Translations under genes and position numbers: made by a program
The notes under the pieces: generated by a model
Told to the model about the DNA's origin: nothing
Seen by the model: only the letters and a program-made list of their open reading frames with translations
Databases searched by the model: none
Shown: in pieces, positions 21,146-32,876 of the stretch
How positions within the stretch are numbered: position 1 is the first letter of the stretch
Layout of the letters: the number at the start of each line of letters is the position of its first letter
Source of the DNA: an uncultured Actinomycetes bacterium
GTDB taxonomy: Bacteria > Actinomycetota > UBA4738 > HRBIN12
DNA: 64,000 bases
NCBI GenBank assembly: GCA_963831325.1
Contig: CAWHQA010000004.1
Span: 20,029 to 84,028, forward strand
Direction: 5' to 3'

Positions 21146-22206
21146 GGAGGCGCACGGCTCTGATCACCGGTGGCGTCGCCGCCGGCGCGATCGCCGCCGG
21201 CGCCGTACGCCGCACGGTGCTTCACCGCCGGTCCGATCTCGAGCATCTCGATGGCCCTCTGTGGGATCTGCCGCCGGACGATCTCGGCCCGGTGCGCTCG
21301 TTCGACGGCACCCAGCTCGCGGTGCGCGCGGCGGGAGACCCCAAAGCGCCGATCTTGCTGTTCGTGCACGGGTTCAGCCTCGATATGACCACATGGCGAG
21401 AGCAGTGGGTCGATCTCTCGGCGGACCATCGCTGCGTGCTGATGGACCAGCGTGGTCACGGCGCGAGCGAGCACCCCACCGACGGCGACCTGTCGCTGCG
21501 CTCGATGGGTCGTGATATCGCAGCCGTGCTCGAAGCGGTCGCCCCGGGGCGCAGGGTCGTCATCGTCGGCCACAGCATGGGCGCTATCGCCGCACTCGCG
21601 ATGGCCGAAGTGCGCCCCGACCTCTTGGCGACGTCGGTCGCCGGCCTCGTGCTCGTCGGCACTTCCGCGTCGGAGCTCGTGCGTGGCGCGATGGGATCGA
21701 TCACGGACATCGTGCGACCGCGACTCGGGTCGCTGCTGACGGCCGCCCGGCGCGTCGACCGACTGCGCAAGGCGGTGCTCGCGAGTCCGACCGACCTGCG
21801 GGGCGCTGTCGTTCGCCTCACCCAGTTCGGCCCTGATGCTCCCCGCCACGTGGTCGACCATGTGGTCCAGCTCGCCGAGCGGGCTTCCTCGGAGGTGTGG
21901 ACCGAGGGGCTCGCCGAGCTCCTCGAGACCGACCTTCGTCATGTCTTGACGCGGGTCACGATGCCTGCCTTGGTGGTCGTGGGGGAACACGATCGGGTCA
22001 CGCCTGCGGCGAGCGGTGTGCAGCTCGCGGCTGCATTACCCGCGGGTCGATTCCTTCTGGTCGAGGGCGCTGGCCACATCGCGATGATGGAACGACCGGT
22101 GGCGCTCGATCGGGAGATCCGTGCGTTCGTACGCTCCGTGTTGCCCGGCGATCATGCGCCCCGCCCTCGTCGACGTGCGGCCTCGAAGGTGCGGGGAGAC
22201 CGATGA
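21142..22206 (+). CDS. Alpha/beta hydrolase
   Basis: HGF, DQRGHG, GHSMG, D..TP, AGH; typical actinobacterial alr-tsaE neighbour. Confidence 0.9.
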   Translation: MRRRTALITGGVAAGAIAAGAVRRTVLHRRSDLEHLDGPLWDLPPDDLGPVRSFDGTQLAVRAAGDPKAPILLFVHGFSLDMTTWREQWVDLSADHRCVLMDQRGHGASEHPTDGDLSLRSMGRDIAAVLEAVAPGRRVVIVGHSMGAIAALAMAEVRPDLLATSVAGLVLVGTSASELVRGAMGSITDIVRPRLGSLLTAARRVDRLRKAVLASPTDLRGAVVRLTQFGPDAPRHVVDHVVQLAERASSEVWTEGLAELLETDLRHVLTRVTMPALVVVGEHDRVTPAASGVQLAAALPAGRFLLVEGAGHIAMMERPVALDREIRAFVRSVLPGDHAPRPRRRAASKVRGDR

Positions 22207-22847
22207 CCCGGACGCTGACCGAGGTTGGGGCGGAGGCAGCCGGGTGCACGAAGTGCCGACTCTCACAGGGTCGCACGCAGGTCGTGTTCGGCGTCGGGGA
22301 CCCGAGCGCGGATATCGTTTTCATCGGTGAGGGTCCCGGCTTCCATGAGGACAAGCAGGGGGAGCCATTCGTCGGCGCGGCAGGGCAGCTCCTCACGCGC
22401 ATGCTGGGCGAGATCGGGTTGACCCGTGAGCAGGTGTACATCTGTAACGTCGTCCTGTGCAGGCCACCGGGAAACCGTGATCCGCAGCCCGACGAGATCG
22501 AGGCGTGCACGCCGTGGCTCGTGGAACAGCTTTCGTTGATCCAGCCTCGCGTGGTCGTGACCCTCGGCAACTTCGCCACACGGTTCGTGCTCAACACCCA
22601 GACAGGCATCACGCGGTTGCGCGGCCAGGTGCACGAGTGGCACGGGCGCACGGTGATACCGACGTTCCACCCGGCAGCGATCTTGCACGGTGGCGGCGAG
22701 AAGTCGCGACAGTTCGAGATGCTGCGTGAGGACTTCCTGCTCGTGCGCAGAACGCTCGACGAGATGGACGTCGCCGAGGCCTCGCCGGCGGTGCGAGACG
22801 AGGCTGCCGTCGATGTGCCCGACCTGGACCAGCTGGAGTTGTTCTGA
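22203..22847 (+). CDS. udg: Family 4 uracil-DNA glycosylase (4Fe-4S)
   Basis: CTKC.L, GEGPG..ED, PFVGAAG, CRPPGNR, TFHPAA. Confidence 0.93.
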   Translation: MTRTLTEVGAEAAGCTKCRLSQGRTQVVFGVGDPSADIVFIGEGPGFHEDKQGEPFVGAAGQLLTRMLGEIGLTREQVYICNVVLCRPPGNRDPQPDEIEACTPWLVEQLSLIQPRVVVTLGNFATRFVLNTQTGITRLRGQVHEWHGRTVIPTFHPAAILHGGGEKSRQFEMLREDFLLVRRTLDEMDVAEASPAVRDEAAVDVPDLDQLELF

Positions 22848-22849
22848 TG

Positions 22850-23341
22850 ATGCACATCGCGGTGCGGACGAGCTCGGCTGAGCAGACCCGTGAGGTCGCT
22901 GAGGCGCTGGCCTCTCTGTTGCGATCAAGAGACGCCGTGGTGCTCATGGGTGAGCTGGGCGCGGGGAAGACGACCTTCGCCCAAGGCGTGGCCCGTGGCC
23001 TGGGCATAGAGGAGCAGGTGTCCTCGCCGACGTTCACCCTGATCAAGGAGTACTCAGGCATCCTCGACCTCGCACACGTCGATGTGTACCGCCTCGAGAG
23101 GCTGCAAGACGTGGTCGATCTCGGGCTCGAGGAGCTGGGCGGTGGCGATGACGTCCTCCTCGTCGAATGGGGTGACACGATCGAGGAGCTGCTCCCCGAC
23201 GAGCGGCTGCGCGTCGAGCTCACCACCGAGGAGTCCGATGAGCATGTTCGAGCGATCTCGATCTCCGCCACCGGCGCCGGGTGGCGCGACCGGTTCGCCG
23301 AGCTCGAGGCCGCCGTGCTGCCATGGGCGGTGGACGCGTGA
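22850..23341 (+). CDS. tsaE: t6A biosynthesis ATPase TsaE
   Basis: [26 protein letters not shown]. Confidence 0.96.
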   Translation: MHIAVRTSSAEQTREVAEALASLLRSRDAVVLMGELGAGKTTFAQGVARGLGIEEQVSSPTFTLIKEYSGILDLAHVDVYRLERLQDVVDLGLEELGGGDDVLLVEWGDTIEELLPDERLRVELTTEESDEHVRAISISATGAGWRDRFAELEAAVLPWAVDA

Positions 23342-24039
23342 TCGTCGTCGGCATCGACACGTCGACACCGCAGACGTCCGTGGCCATCGGCACCGAGAAC
23401 GAGATCCTCGCCAAGGCCTCCGTGGCGGGCGCAGCGCGTCAGGAATCGGTCACGCCCTTGCTGAAAGAGCTCTTAGAACGAAGCGACCTCGCGCTGTCCC
23501 AGATCGGCGGCGTGGCGGTCGGCGTCGGGCCCGGGTTGTTCACGGGTCTGCGCGTGGGGGTCGCGACCGCCAAGACGCTCGCACAGGTTGCGAACGTGCC
23601 CGTCGTGGGCATCACGAGCCTCGACGCCCTGGCGTACGCGACCCGCTACTCGCCACGGCTGATCGTGGCGGTTATCGACGCCCGACGTCGGGAGGTGTTC
23701 TCCGCGATCTATCGAGCGGTGCCGGGTGGCATCGTGCGCGAGCGTGAGTACGAGGTGCATGCACCCGACCGGCTCGCCGCTGAGCTCCAGGCTATGACGG
23801 GTGAGGTGTTGGCCGTGGGCAACGGTGCGATGCTGTACCGACATGTGCTCGAAGAGATCGGGAGCCGCATCGAGTTCGCATCGTCCATCGCGGCACATCC
23901 AGAAGCCGCCGCCCTGGTCGAGCTCGCGGTGCCACGGCTCCTGCGAGAGGAGCACGATCGACTGTTCGACGTCGTTCCCCTGTACCTGAGGAAGTCGGAT
24001 GCTGAGATCGCGTGGGATCGGCGAGCACGGGGCCTCTAG
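23338..24039 (+). CDS. tsaB: t6A biosynthesis protein TsaB
   Basis: GIDTST, GPG.FTGLRVG, DARRREV, PLYLR. Confidence 0.96.
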   Translation: MIVVGIDTSTPQTSVAIGTENEILAKASVAGAARQESVTPLLKELLERSDLALSQIGGVAVGVGPGLFTGLRVGVATAKTLAQVANVPVVGITSLDALAYATRYSPRLIVAVIDARRREVFSAIYRAVPGGIVREREYEVHAPDRLAAELQAMTGEVLAVGNGAMLYRHVLEEIGSRIEFASSIAAHPEAAALVELAVPRLLREEHDRLFDVVPLYLRKSDAEIAWDRRARGL

Positions 24040-24550
24040 GGTCGAGATCGGGCGCATGCGCCGCAGGCACCTGCGCGGCGTCATGGCGATCGAACGCCAG
24101 GTCTACGCACGCCCCTGGAGCCCGAACCTCTTCATCGCGGAGATGACGGAGCCGAACGATCGCTGCTACCTCGTCGCGCGATTCGACAAGTCGATCGTGG
24201 GGTACGCGGGATTGATCTGCTACGGCGACGAGGCACACGTGACGAACATCGCGGTGGACCCCCAGCAACAGCGCCTCGGCATCGGGACCCGTCTGCTGCA
24301 CGAGCTTCTGACCCAAGCGATCGAGATGGGTGGCCACGCCGTGTCGCTCGAGGTTCGGGTCACGAACTGGGGCGCGCAGCGCATGTACGGCCGGTTCGGG
24401 TTCCGCCCGGTGGGTATCAGGCGCAACTACTACCAAGAGCTTCACGAAGATGCGCTCATCATGTGGACGGACGACATCCGGACTCGTCAGTATGCGAGCC
24501 GCTTGCAGGCGGTCGCGGTGTCGATGTCCGGACCGGTGGCGCCGGCGTGA
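23999..24550 (+). CDS. rimI: Ribosomal-protein-alanine N-acetyltransferase
   Basis: EAHVTNIAV, LEVRVTN, FGF...GIRRNYY, EDA.IM; lies between tsaB and tsaD. Confidence 0.93.
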   Translation: MLRSRGIGEHGASRVEIGRMRRRHLRGVMAIERQVYARPWSPNLFIAEMTEPNDRCYLVARFDKSIVGYAGLICYGDEAHVTNIAVDPQQQRLGIGTRLLHELLTQAIEMGGHAVSLEVRVTNWGAQRMYGRFGFRPVGIRRNYYQELHEDALIMWTDDIRTRQYASRLQAVAVSMSGPVAPA

Positions 24551-25554
24551 TCGCCCTCGGCATCGAGACATCATGCGACGAGACCGCGGTCGCCGTGGTC
24601 GAGGATGGGTTCGCGGTGCGCTCCAACCTGATCGCGTCGCAGGTGCTGCTGCATGAGCGGTTCGGAGGCGTCGTCCCCGAGGTCGCAGCCAGGGCTCACG
24701 TGGAAGCGCTGAATCCGCTGCTCGAAGAGACGCTGAACGAGGCGGGTGTCGGGTTCGACGAGGTCGATGCCGTCGCGGTGACGGCGGGCCCGGGGCTCGC
24801 CGGCGCGTTGCTGGTGGGTATGGCCGGCGCGAAGGCGATCGCTCTCGCGGCCGGCGCAGACCTGATCGGTGTGAACCACCTCGAGGGTCACTACTGGGCG
24901 AACTTCCTCGAGCACGGACCACCCGAGCCCCCCTACGTCACGCTGATCGTCAGCGGCGGCCACACGATGCTCGTGCACGTGCCGGAGATGTTCCACCACG
25001 TCGTGCTCGGGCAGACGCTCGACGACGCGGCAGGCGAGGCGTTCGACAAGGTCGCGCGGCTCATCGGACTGGGGTTCCCGGGAGGGCCGGCGCTCGACGC
25101 CATGGCTCGCCAAGGCGATCCGCATGCGATCAGGTTCCCGCGGGCGATGGAGGACTCCGGTGACTACGACTTCTCCCTGAGCGGGCTGAAGACCGCCGTG
25201 CTGCGTCACGTCAAGGCGTCGCATGCTGCGGGGCAGGATCTGCACCTTCCGGACCTGGCGGCGAGTTTCCAGGAAGCGGTCGTCGATGTGCAGGTCTCGA
25301 AGACGATCGCCGCGGCCACCGCCATGGGCGTGTCGACGGTGCTCCTGGGCGGCGGCGTGGTCGCGAACACGCGCCTGCGCGAACGGCTCGCTGCCGCCGG
25401 CGAGCGTGAGGGCATCCGGGTGTTGTTCCCGTCGATGCCGCTGTGCACCGACAACGCTGCGATGATCGCGTGCCTGGGAGCCGCGAGATGGGCTCGCGGG
25501 GAACGCGCCTCGCTCGACATCGCCGCCGATCCACAACTAGGGTTGAGCGTGTGA
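24547..25554 (+). CDS. tsaD: t6A threonylcarbamoyltransferase TsaD
   Basis: GIETSCDET, GGVVPEVAARAH, NHLEGH, SGGHT, DDAAGEAFDK, TDNAAMI. Confidence 0.98.
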   Translation: MIALGIETSCDETAVAVVEDGFAVRSNLIASQVLLHERFGGVVPEVAARAHVEALNPLLEETLNEAGVGFDEVDAVAVTAGPGLAGALLVGMAGAKAIALAAGADLIGVNHLEGHYWANFLEHGPPEPPYVTLIVSGGHTMLVHVPEMFHHVVLGQTLDDAAGEAFDKVARLIGLGFPGGPALDAMARQGDPHAIRFPRAMEDSGDYDFSLSGLKTAVLRHVKASHAAGQDLHLPDLAASFQEAVVDVQVSKTIAAATAMGVSTVLLGGGVVANTRLRERLAAAGEREGIRVLFPSMPLCTDNAAMIACLGAARWARGERASLDIAADPQLGLSV

Positions 25555-26495
25555 GCACGATCCTGGTGACCGGGGGCGCTGGGTTCATCGGTTCGCACCT
25601 CGCAGACCGCCTGTTGGCAGAGGGGCACCGCGTGATCAGCGTGGACGACCTCACGACGGGCCGTATCGCGAACCTCGTCGACGCTCGTGGGTATGGCAAG
25701 GAGTTCACGTTCTTCAACATGGACGTGCGTGCCGACGGCCTTCGGCCGCTGTTCGACCGGCACAAGCCCGAGGTCGTCTTCCACCTCGCGGCGCAGTCGG
25801 GTGTCCGACCGTCGATCGGCGATCCGGTGCTCGACGCGTCGATCAACCTCATGGGCACCCTGAACGTCTTGGAGTGCGCGGCCGGGGTCGAGACGCGCAA
25901 GGTCATCTATGCCGCGAGTGGCGGCACGATCTACGGCGAGCCGCGCCGTCTGCCCGCCAAGGAATCGAGCGCCCAAGGCTCGCACCCCCTCAGCCCGTAC
26001 GGCATCTCGAAGAAGGTCGTGCTCGACTACTTGGGCTTCTACCAGCGCTACCGAGGGCTCGAGTACACGGCGCTGGCGCTCGGCAATGTGTACGGGCCGC
26101 GGCAAGACCCACACGGTGAAGCGGGTGTGATCGCCATCTTCGCGTCGAAGATGCTGGCCGGCGAACCCGTGACGATCTACGGCGACGGCAACCAGACCCG
26201 CGACTACGTCTTCATCGACGACGTCGTGCACGCCTTCGTGCAGGCGATCGACCGCGGGCCGGGCAAGCTCGTGAACGTCGGCACGGGACTGGAGACGAGC
26301 GTCAACCATCTCTGTCGGTTGCTGGCCGAGATCGTCGGGTACGAGCAGGAGCCATCGTTCGGCGCCTTGCCCCCCGGTGAGCTGCGTCGCATCGCCCTCG
26401 ATATCGGCTCGGCGTCGCATTCGATCGCATGGAAGCCGTGGACCCATCTCGAGGACGGCCTCGCCGAGACGGTGGCCTACCTCAAGGGGGTGTGA
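25551..26495 (+). CDS. NAD-dependent epimerase (UDP-glucose 4-epimerase-like)
   Basis: TGGAGFIG, YGISK, NVYGPRQDPHGEAGV. Confidence 0.92.
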   Translation: MSTILVTGGAGFIGSHLADRLLAEGHRVISVDDLTTGRIANLVDARGYGKEFTFFNMDVRADGLRPLFDRHKPEVVFHLAAQSGVRPSIGDPVLDASINLMGTLNVLECAAGVETRKVIYAASGGTIYGEPRRLPAKESSAQGSHPLSPYGISKKVVLDYLGFYQRYRGLEYTALALGNVYGPRQDPHGEAGVIAIFASKMLAGEPVTIYGDGNQTRDYVFIDDVVHAFVQAIDRGPGKLVNVGTGLETSVNHLCRLLAEIVGYEQEPSFGALPPGELRRIALDIGSASHSIAWKPWTHLEDGLAETVAYLKGV

Positions 26496-26500
26496 CGGCG

Positions 26501-27361
26501 ATGGGTGACGCGCCCTCCGGAGTCGGTTCCCCCTCGGTGAAGGAGTTCTGGCGAACGTTCGCCTATGCCACCGGCGTCGACCCGACCTATGAAGCATGGG
26601 CCTTCGGTGGCGACGACACTCCCGCCCTCGCCACCGAGCTCGCGTTGCTCGTGCGCGATGGCCCCAAACGCGCGACGACCGGCTTGCTGGCCGACTACGA
26701 GCGCGAGGGTGAGGCCCTCCCGCAGGTCGGCGAACACAGCGTGATCCTTGACGGAGCGGGCGAGCCGGTCTGCATCATCCGCACGACACGGGTCGAGATC
26801 GTGGCGTTCGGTGAGGTCGACGAGGAGTTCGCCTGGGTGGAAGGCGAAGGAGACCGATCCCTCGAGTACTGGCGTGAAGCACATGTGCGCTTCTTCGCAC
26901 ACGAGGGCACGACGATCTCCGATGCCGATCTCGTGGTGCTGGAACGCTTCGAGCTAGTCTGGCCAGCGATCGCACCCGACGGCACCTTCGTGGTGCACGC
27001 GCTCGACGCCCCGCTGATCCCCGGCGAGCTCGACGCGGCGCAGATCCTGGCCGGCTCTCCCGAGGTGACCGAAGCACTGTTCACTGCAGCCTCCGACGAG
27101 CGGGTCGTGCGTGGCGTCTGGCGGATCACCGAGGGCACCGTCACCGACGTGGAGCAGGACGAGATGTTCGTTGTGCTCGAGGGGCGGGCGACGATCGAGG
27201 TCGAGGGGGGACCAACGATCGAGGTCGGGCCGGGCGACGTCTGCGTGTTGCAGCGGGGAGATCGAACCACCTGGACCGTGCACGAGGCGCTGCGGAAGGT
27301 CTTCCAGATCACGCTCCCCGAAGAAGAACACACCGCGATGCAGAGGCCTGATCTGTCGTGA
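26501..27361 (+). CDS. ASCH domain-cupin (DUF861/EutQ-like) fusion protein
   Basis: ASCH: G.KRATT, GEGDRSLEYWR..H; cupin: GVWRITEG...DEMFVVLEGRATI...GPGD; single open frame. Confidence 0.8.
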   Translation: MGDAPSGVGSPSVKEFWRTFAYATGVDPTYEAWAFGGDDTPALATELALLVRDGPKRATTGLLADYEREGEALPQVGEHSVILDGAGEPVCIIRTTRVEIVAFGEVDEEFAWVEGEGDRSLEYWREAHVRFFAHEGTTISDADLVVLERFELVWPAIAPDGTFVVHALDAPLIPGELDAAQILAGSPEVTEALFTAASDERVVRGVWRITEGTVTDVEQDEMFVVLEGRATIEVEGGPTIEVGPGDVCVLQRGDRTTWTVHEALRKVFQITLPEEEHTAMQRPDLS

Positions 27362-27632
27362 CCGAGACCACATCACGGGCCACGCCGGACGCAGGGGACC
27401 GTGGCTTCGTATGCTGGACGCCACACGATCTGGGCTTCGGCAGCCGAACGAGGTCGTTCGCGCGGGCGATTCTGCCCGAAGGGTCTAGTACCGTTGCCGT
27501 AGCCAAGAATGGCGAACATCGGGTATCACTACGCAACGCGAACCATTCCGACCGACGGACCCCCCGGCGTTGGCGGCCAGCGAGATCGGCCGGAGAGACG
27601 GGTCGGTTCGAATGACGAAAGGAACACGAGCG

Positions 27633-28619
27633 ATGCAGAGGCGAGCGGTCGTCGGCGGCGCCGGCGGATTCATCGGGCACCACATGGTCCGGTACCTGAA
27701 GGACAAGGGGTATTGGGTCCGAGGCGTCGACATCAAGGAACCGGAGTACGAGGCCTCGTCCGCCGATGAGTTCATGGTGCTCGACCTCCGTGAGTGGGAG
27801 AACTGCGTGAAGGCCACCGAAGGCGTCGAGGAGGTCTATCAGCTTGCCGCCGACATGGGTGGCATCGGCTACATCACCGGGAATCGGGTCGAGATCGCGC
27901 GCAACAACGTCTTGATCAATGCGCACATGCTCGAGGCGGCGTACAAGAACGGCGTCGAGCGTCACTTCTACAGCTCGAGCGCGTGCATCTACCCGATGTA
28001 CAAGCAACACGACCCAGACGTCACGCCGCTCAAGGAAGAGGATGCGTATCCGGCCGACCCCGAGGAGGGCTACGGCTGGGAGAAGCTCTACTCCGAGAAG
28101 CTCTGCCAGTACTACCAAGAAGAGGGAAAGCTCAAGACGCGAGTGGCCCGCTTCCACAACATCTACGGCCCCCTCGGCACGTACGAGGGTGGTCGCGAGA
28201 AGGCGCCCGCTGCGATCAGCAGGAAGGTTGCGCTCGCGGCCGACGGCGACGACATCGAGATCTGGGGCGACGGTCTGCAGACACGGTCGTTCACCTACGT
28301 CGACGACTGCGTCGAGGGCATCTTCCGTATCGCGCAGAGCGATCACTGGGAGCCGCTGAACCTCGGCTCCGACCGACTCGTCACGATCGACCAGCTCGTC
28401 GATCTCGTGAGCGACGTGGCCGGCAAGACGCTCGTGAAACAGCACGACCTCGACAAGCCACAGGGTGTGCGCGGTCGCAACTCCGACAACGACCGCTGCA
28501 AGGCGGCGCTCGGATGGGCTCCGGAGGTCACGCTCGAGGACGGTCTGAAGTCCACCTACGCGTGGATCGAGGGCCAGCTCGAATCGACCGGGCGGCTGCC
28601 GGTCAACGCCGCGAGCTGA
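27633..28619 (+). CDS. NDP-sugar epimerase, GDP-mannose 3,5-epimerase-like
   Basis: GAGGFIG, LAADMGG, SSSACIYP, YGWEK, RFHNIYGP, GREKAPAA, GVRGRNSDN. Confidence 0.88.
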   Translation: MQRRAVVGGAGGFIGHHMVRYLKDKGYWVRGVDIKEPEYEASSADEFMVLDLREWENCVKATEGVEEVYQLAADMGGIGYITGNRVEIARNNVLINAHMLEAAYKNGVERHFYSSSACIYPMYKQHDPDVTPLKEEDAYPADPEEGYGWEKLYSEKLCQYYQEEGKLKTRVARFHNIYGPLGTYEGGREKAPAAISRKVALAADGDDIEIWGDGLQTRSFTYVDDCVEGIFRIAQSDHWEPLNLGSDRLVTIDQLVDLVSDVAGKTLVKQHDLDKPQGVRGRNSDNDRCKAALGWAPEVTLEDGLKSTYAWIEGQLESTGRLPVNAAS

Positions 28620-28644
28620 CCCGAACATCGCTGTACCGCAAGGC

Positions 28645-28672
28645 CGAGGGGCCCCCTGCTGGGGGCCCCTCG
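28645..28672 (+). terminator. Hairpin terminator after the epimerase
   Basis: Perfect 12-bp stem cgaggggccccc-tgct-gggggcccctcg; no U-tract. Confidence 0.65.
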
Positions 28673-28735
28673 CGCGTTGCCCGATCCTCGTGCGTGACGG
28701 CCGTGTCAGTCCGATGGTAGCTGGGGTCCGCTGCG

Positions 28736-28762
28736 GGAACACGACCACCGACCGGCTCGTTG
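28736..28762 (+). promoter_or_regulatory. ECF sigma (SigH/SigR/SigE-type) promoter
   Basis: GGAAC-N17-CGTTG about 10 nt upstream of the dioxygenase start. Confidence 0.65.
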
Positions 28763-28771
28763 TCAGTAGGC

Positions 28772-29560
28772 GTGACCGACACCACGAGCACGATGCCCGC
28801 CCTCTACCTGGGCCACGGAGCTCCACCTCTGCTCGATGACCAGCGGTGGACGAGCGAGCTGAGCCGATGGGCCGGCGAGCTTCCGAGGCCGAAGGCCGTC
28901 TTGATCGTGTCGGCACACTGGGAATCGGCGCCGCTCACGCTCGGTGCGACCGAGACCGGCACGCCTCTGACGTACGACTTCTACGGGTTCCCTGAGCGCT
29001 TCTACCGCATGACCTACCGTTCGCCGGGCGCGCCCGGCCTGGCCGCCCGCGTGAAAGCGCTCATGCCCGACTCCGAGACCGTCGCCGAGGAGTCCAGCTA
29101 CGGACTCGACCACGGGGCGTACGTGCCGCTCATGGTGATGTATCCGCAAGCCGACGTGCCCGTGCTGCAGATCTCGATGCCGTCGCTCGATCCGCAGGGG
29201 CTGTTCGATCTCGGACGGCGGCTGCGACCGCTCCGCGACGAAGGCGTGATGATCGTCGGGTCCGGCTTCCTGACACACGGGCTGCCGTTCCTGCGCGACT
29301 GGCGGGCCGACGCCGCGCCCCCTGGGTGGTCGCGGGAGTTCGACCTGTGGGCGGCTGAGGCGCTCGAGCGGGGCGCCGTCGACGAGCTCATGGACTTCCG
29401 GCACAGCGCCCCCGGCATGCCGTACGCCCATCCCACCGTCGAGCACTTCGCGCCGCTGTTCGTGACGCTCGGGGCGGCGAGTGACCCCGAGGGTCCGCCC
29501 GACACCGTGATCGACGGTTTCTTCATGGGACTGGCGAAGCGCTCCGTGCAGATGGCTTGA
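28772..29560 (+). CDS. Class III extradiol dioxygenase (DODA/YgiD/LigB family)
   Basis: LYLGHGAP, SAHW, YDFYGFP, LDHGAYVPL, GSGF.THGL, AHPT.EHF.PL. Confidence 0.92.
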   Translation: MTDTTSTMPALYLGHGAPPLLDDQRWTSELSRWAGELPRPKAVLIVSAHWESAPLTLGATETGTPLTYDFYGFPERFYRMTYRSPGAPGLAARVKALMPDSETVAEESSYGLDHGAYVPLMVMYPQADVPVLQISMPSLDPQGLFDLGRRLRPLRDEGVMIVGSGFLTHGLPFLRDWRADAAPPGWSREFDLWAAEALERGAVDELMDFRHSAPGMPYAHPTVEHFAPLFVTLGAASDPEGPPDTVIDGFFMGLAKRSVQMA

Positions 29561-29582
29561 CCCGATGCGGCGTTCTTCGACG

Positions 29583-29640
29583 TTGACCCTCTGGCACTCT
29601 CGTGGCTATCCTGTTAGCACTCACCCAGCGTGAGTGCTAA
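29583..29640 (+). promoter_or_regulatory. groESL promoter with perfect CIRCE (HrcA operator)
   Basis: TTGACC-N18-TATCCT (29583-29612), then TTAGCACTC-N9-GAGTGCTAA (29614-29640); extra half site CTGGCACTC at 29591. Confidence 0.95.
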
Positions 29641-29684
29641 CGCCGACGGAACGGACCACCGACCGCAAGGAGGAGCAGAACACC

Positions 29685-31681
<1,997 letters not shown>

Positions 31682-31716
31682 GCTAGTCTGGTCAAGACTA
31701 GTAAGCATGCACCGCC

Positions 31717-31744
31717 GTGGGGCGGGCCTCCTGGCCCGCCCCAC
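31717..31744 (+). terminator. Hairpin terminator after groEL
   Basis: Perfect 12-bp stem gtggggcgggcc-tcct-ggcccgccccac. Confidence 0.7.
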
Positions 31745-31807
31745 TCGCATGCCGGGTGCTCGGACTGACTCGCACGACGGCCACGCGCGGGCCTACACTC
31801 GACCCCG

Positions 31808-32863
31808 ATGTTCGAGCGTCTGCTCCGCGACTGGAACGGTGAGCACGTCGTCATCCGTTTCGACGAGCCATCGGGTGCGTGGATGCTGATAGGCGTGCAT
31901 TCCACGGTGCTCGGCCCCGCGATGGGCGGCACCCGGTTGAAGGCCTACCGATCGCCGGATGAGGCGCTCGCCGACGTGCTGCGACTGTCGCAGGCGATGA
32001 CTATGAAGCAGGCCGCCGCCGGACTCGACCTCGGTGGCGGGAAGGCGGTCCTCGCCGTGCCAGAGCTTCCCGCTCCGGGCTCGCCTGAGCGGCGCGACCT
32101 CTTGCTTCGGTACGGAGATCTGGTCGCATCGCTGGGTGGCACGTACGTGACCGCGGCCGACATGAACACAGGCGAGGCCGACCTCGACATCGTGGGGGAG
32201 CGCACAACGCACGTGCTCGGTCGGTCGGTCGCCTGCGGGGGGTCGGGAAGCTCTGCGGGCGCGACCGCGCTCGGCGTCTTCCACGGCATCCGCGCGAGCG
32301 TTCGTCACGCGTTCTCGGACGGCGACCTGGCGGATCGATCCGTGCTCGTGCAGGGGGCCGGGGCCGTGGGCGCGCGCCTGGCTGAGCTGCTCCGCGACGC
32401 CGGGGCTCGGCTGGTGCTCGCCGACCTCGACGGCGACAGGGCCGCTCGTGTCGCGGAGCAGCTGGGTGGGTCGTCGACGCCCGCCCATCACGTGCTCGAC
32501 GCTGAGTGCGACGTCTTCTCTCCTTGCGCGACCGGCGGGGTACTCTCGGCTGAATCGATCCCGTTGCTACGGTGCCGCGTGGTCGCCGGCGCAGCGAACA
32601 ACCAGCTCGCCACCCCGTGGGACGCGGACCGACTGCGGGATCGCGGCATCCTCTACGCGCCCGACTACGTGATCAACGCCGGCGGTGTCATCCATCTCGC
32701 GGGGTATGAGCGACTCGGCTGGGACGATGCGCAGATGACCGCGCGTCTAGCCGGCATCGGCCAGACACTCACCGGATTGTTCGAGCTCGCGGATAGGGAG
32801 GGCATCACGCCCGCCTCGGCGGCCGACCGATCCGCGCGCGACCGCATCGCCGCCGCTCGCTGA
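31808..32863 (+). CDS. Leu/Phe/Val dehydrogenase
   Basis: HSTVLGPAMGGTR, MTMK, GGGKAV, QGAGAVG, GAANNQL, YAPDYVINAGG. Confidence 0.93.
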   Translation: MFERLLRDWNGEHVVIRFDEPSGAWMLIGVHSTVLGPAMGGTRLKAYRSPDEALADVLRLSQAMTMKQAAAGLDLGGGKAVLAVPELPAPGSPERRDLLLRYGDLVASLGGTYVTAADMNTGEADLDIVGERTTHVLGRSVACGGSGSSAGATALGVFHGIRASVRHAFSDGDLADRSVLVQGAGAVGARLAELLRDAGARLVLADLDGDRAARVAEQLGGSSTPAHHVLDAECDVFSPCATGGVLSAESIPLLRCRVVAGAANNQLATPWDADRLRDRGILYAPDYVINAGGVIHLAGYERLGWDDAQMTARLAGIGQTLTGLFELADREGITPASAADRSARDRIAAAR

Positions 32864-32876
32864 GACCTCAGTAGGG

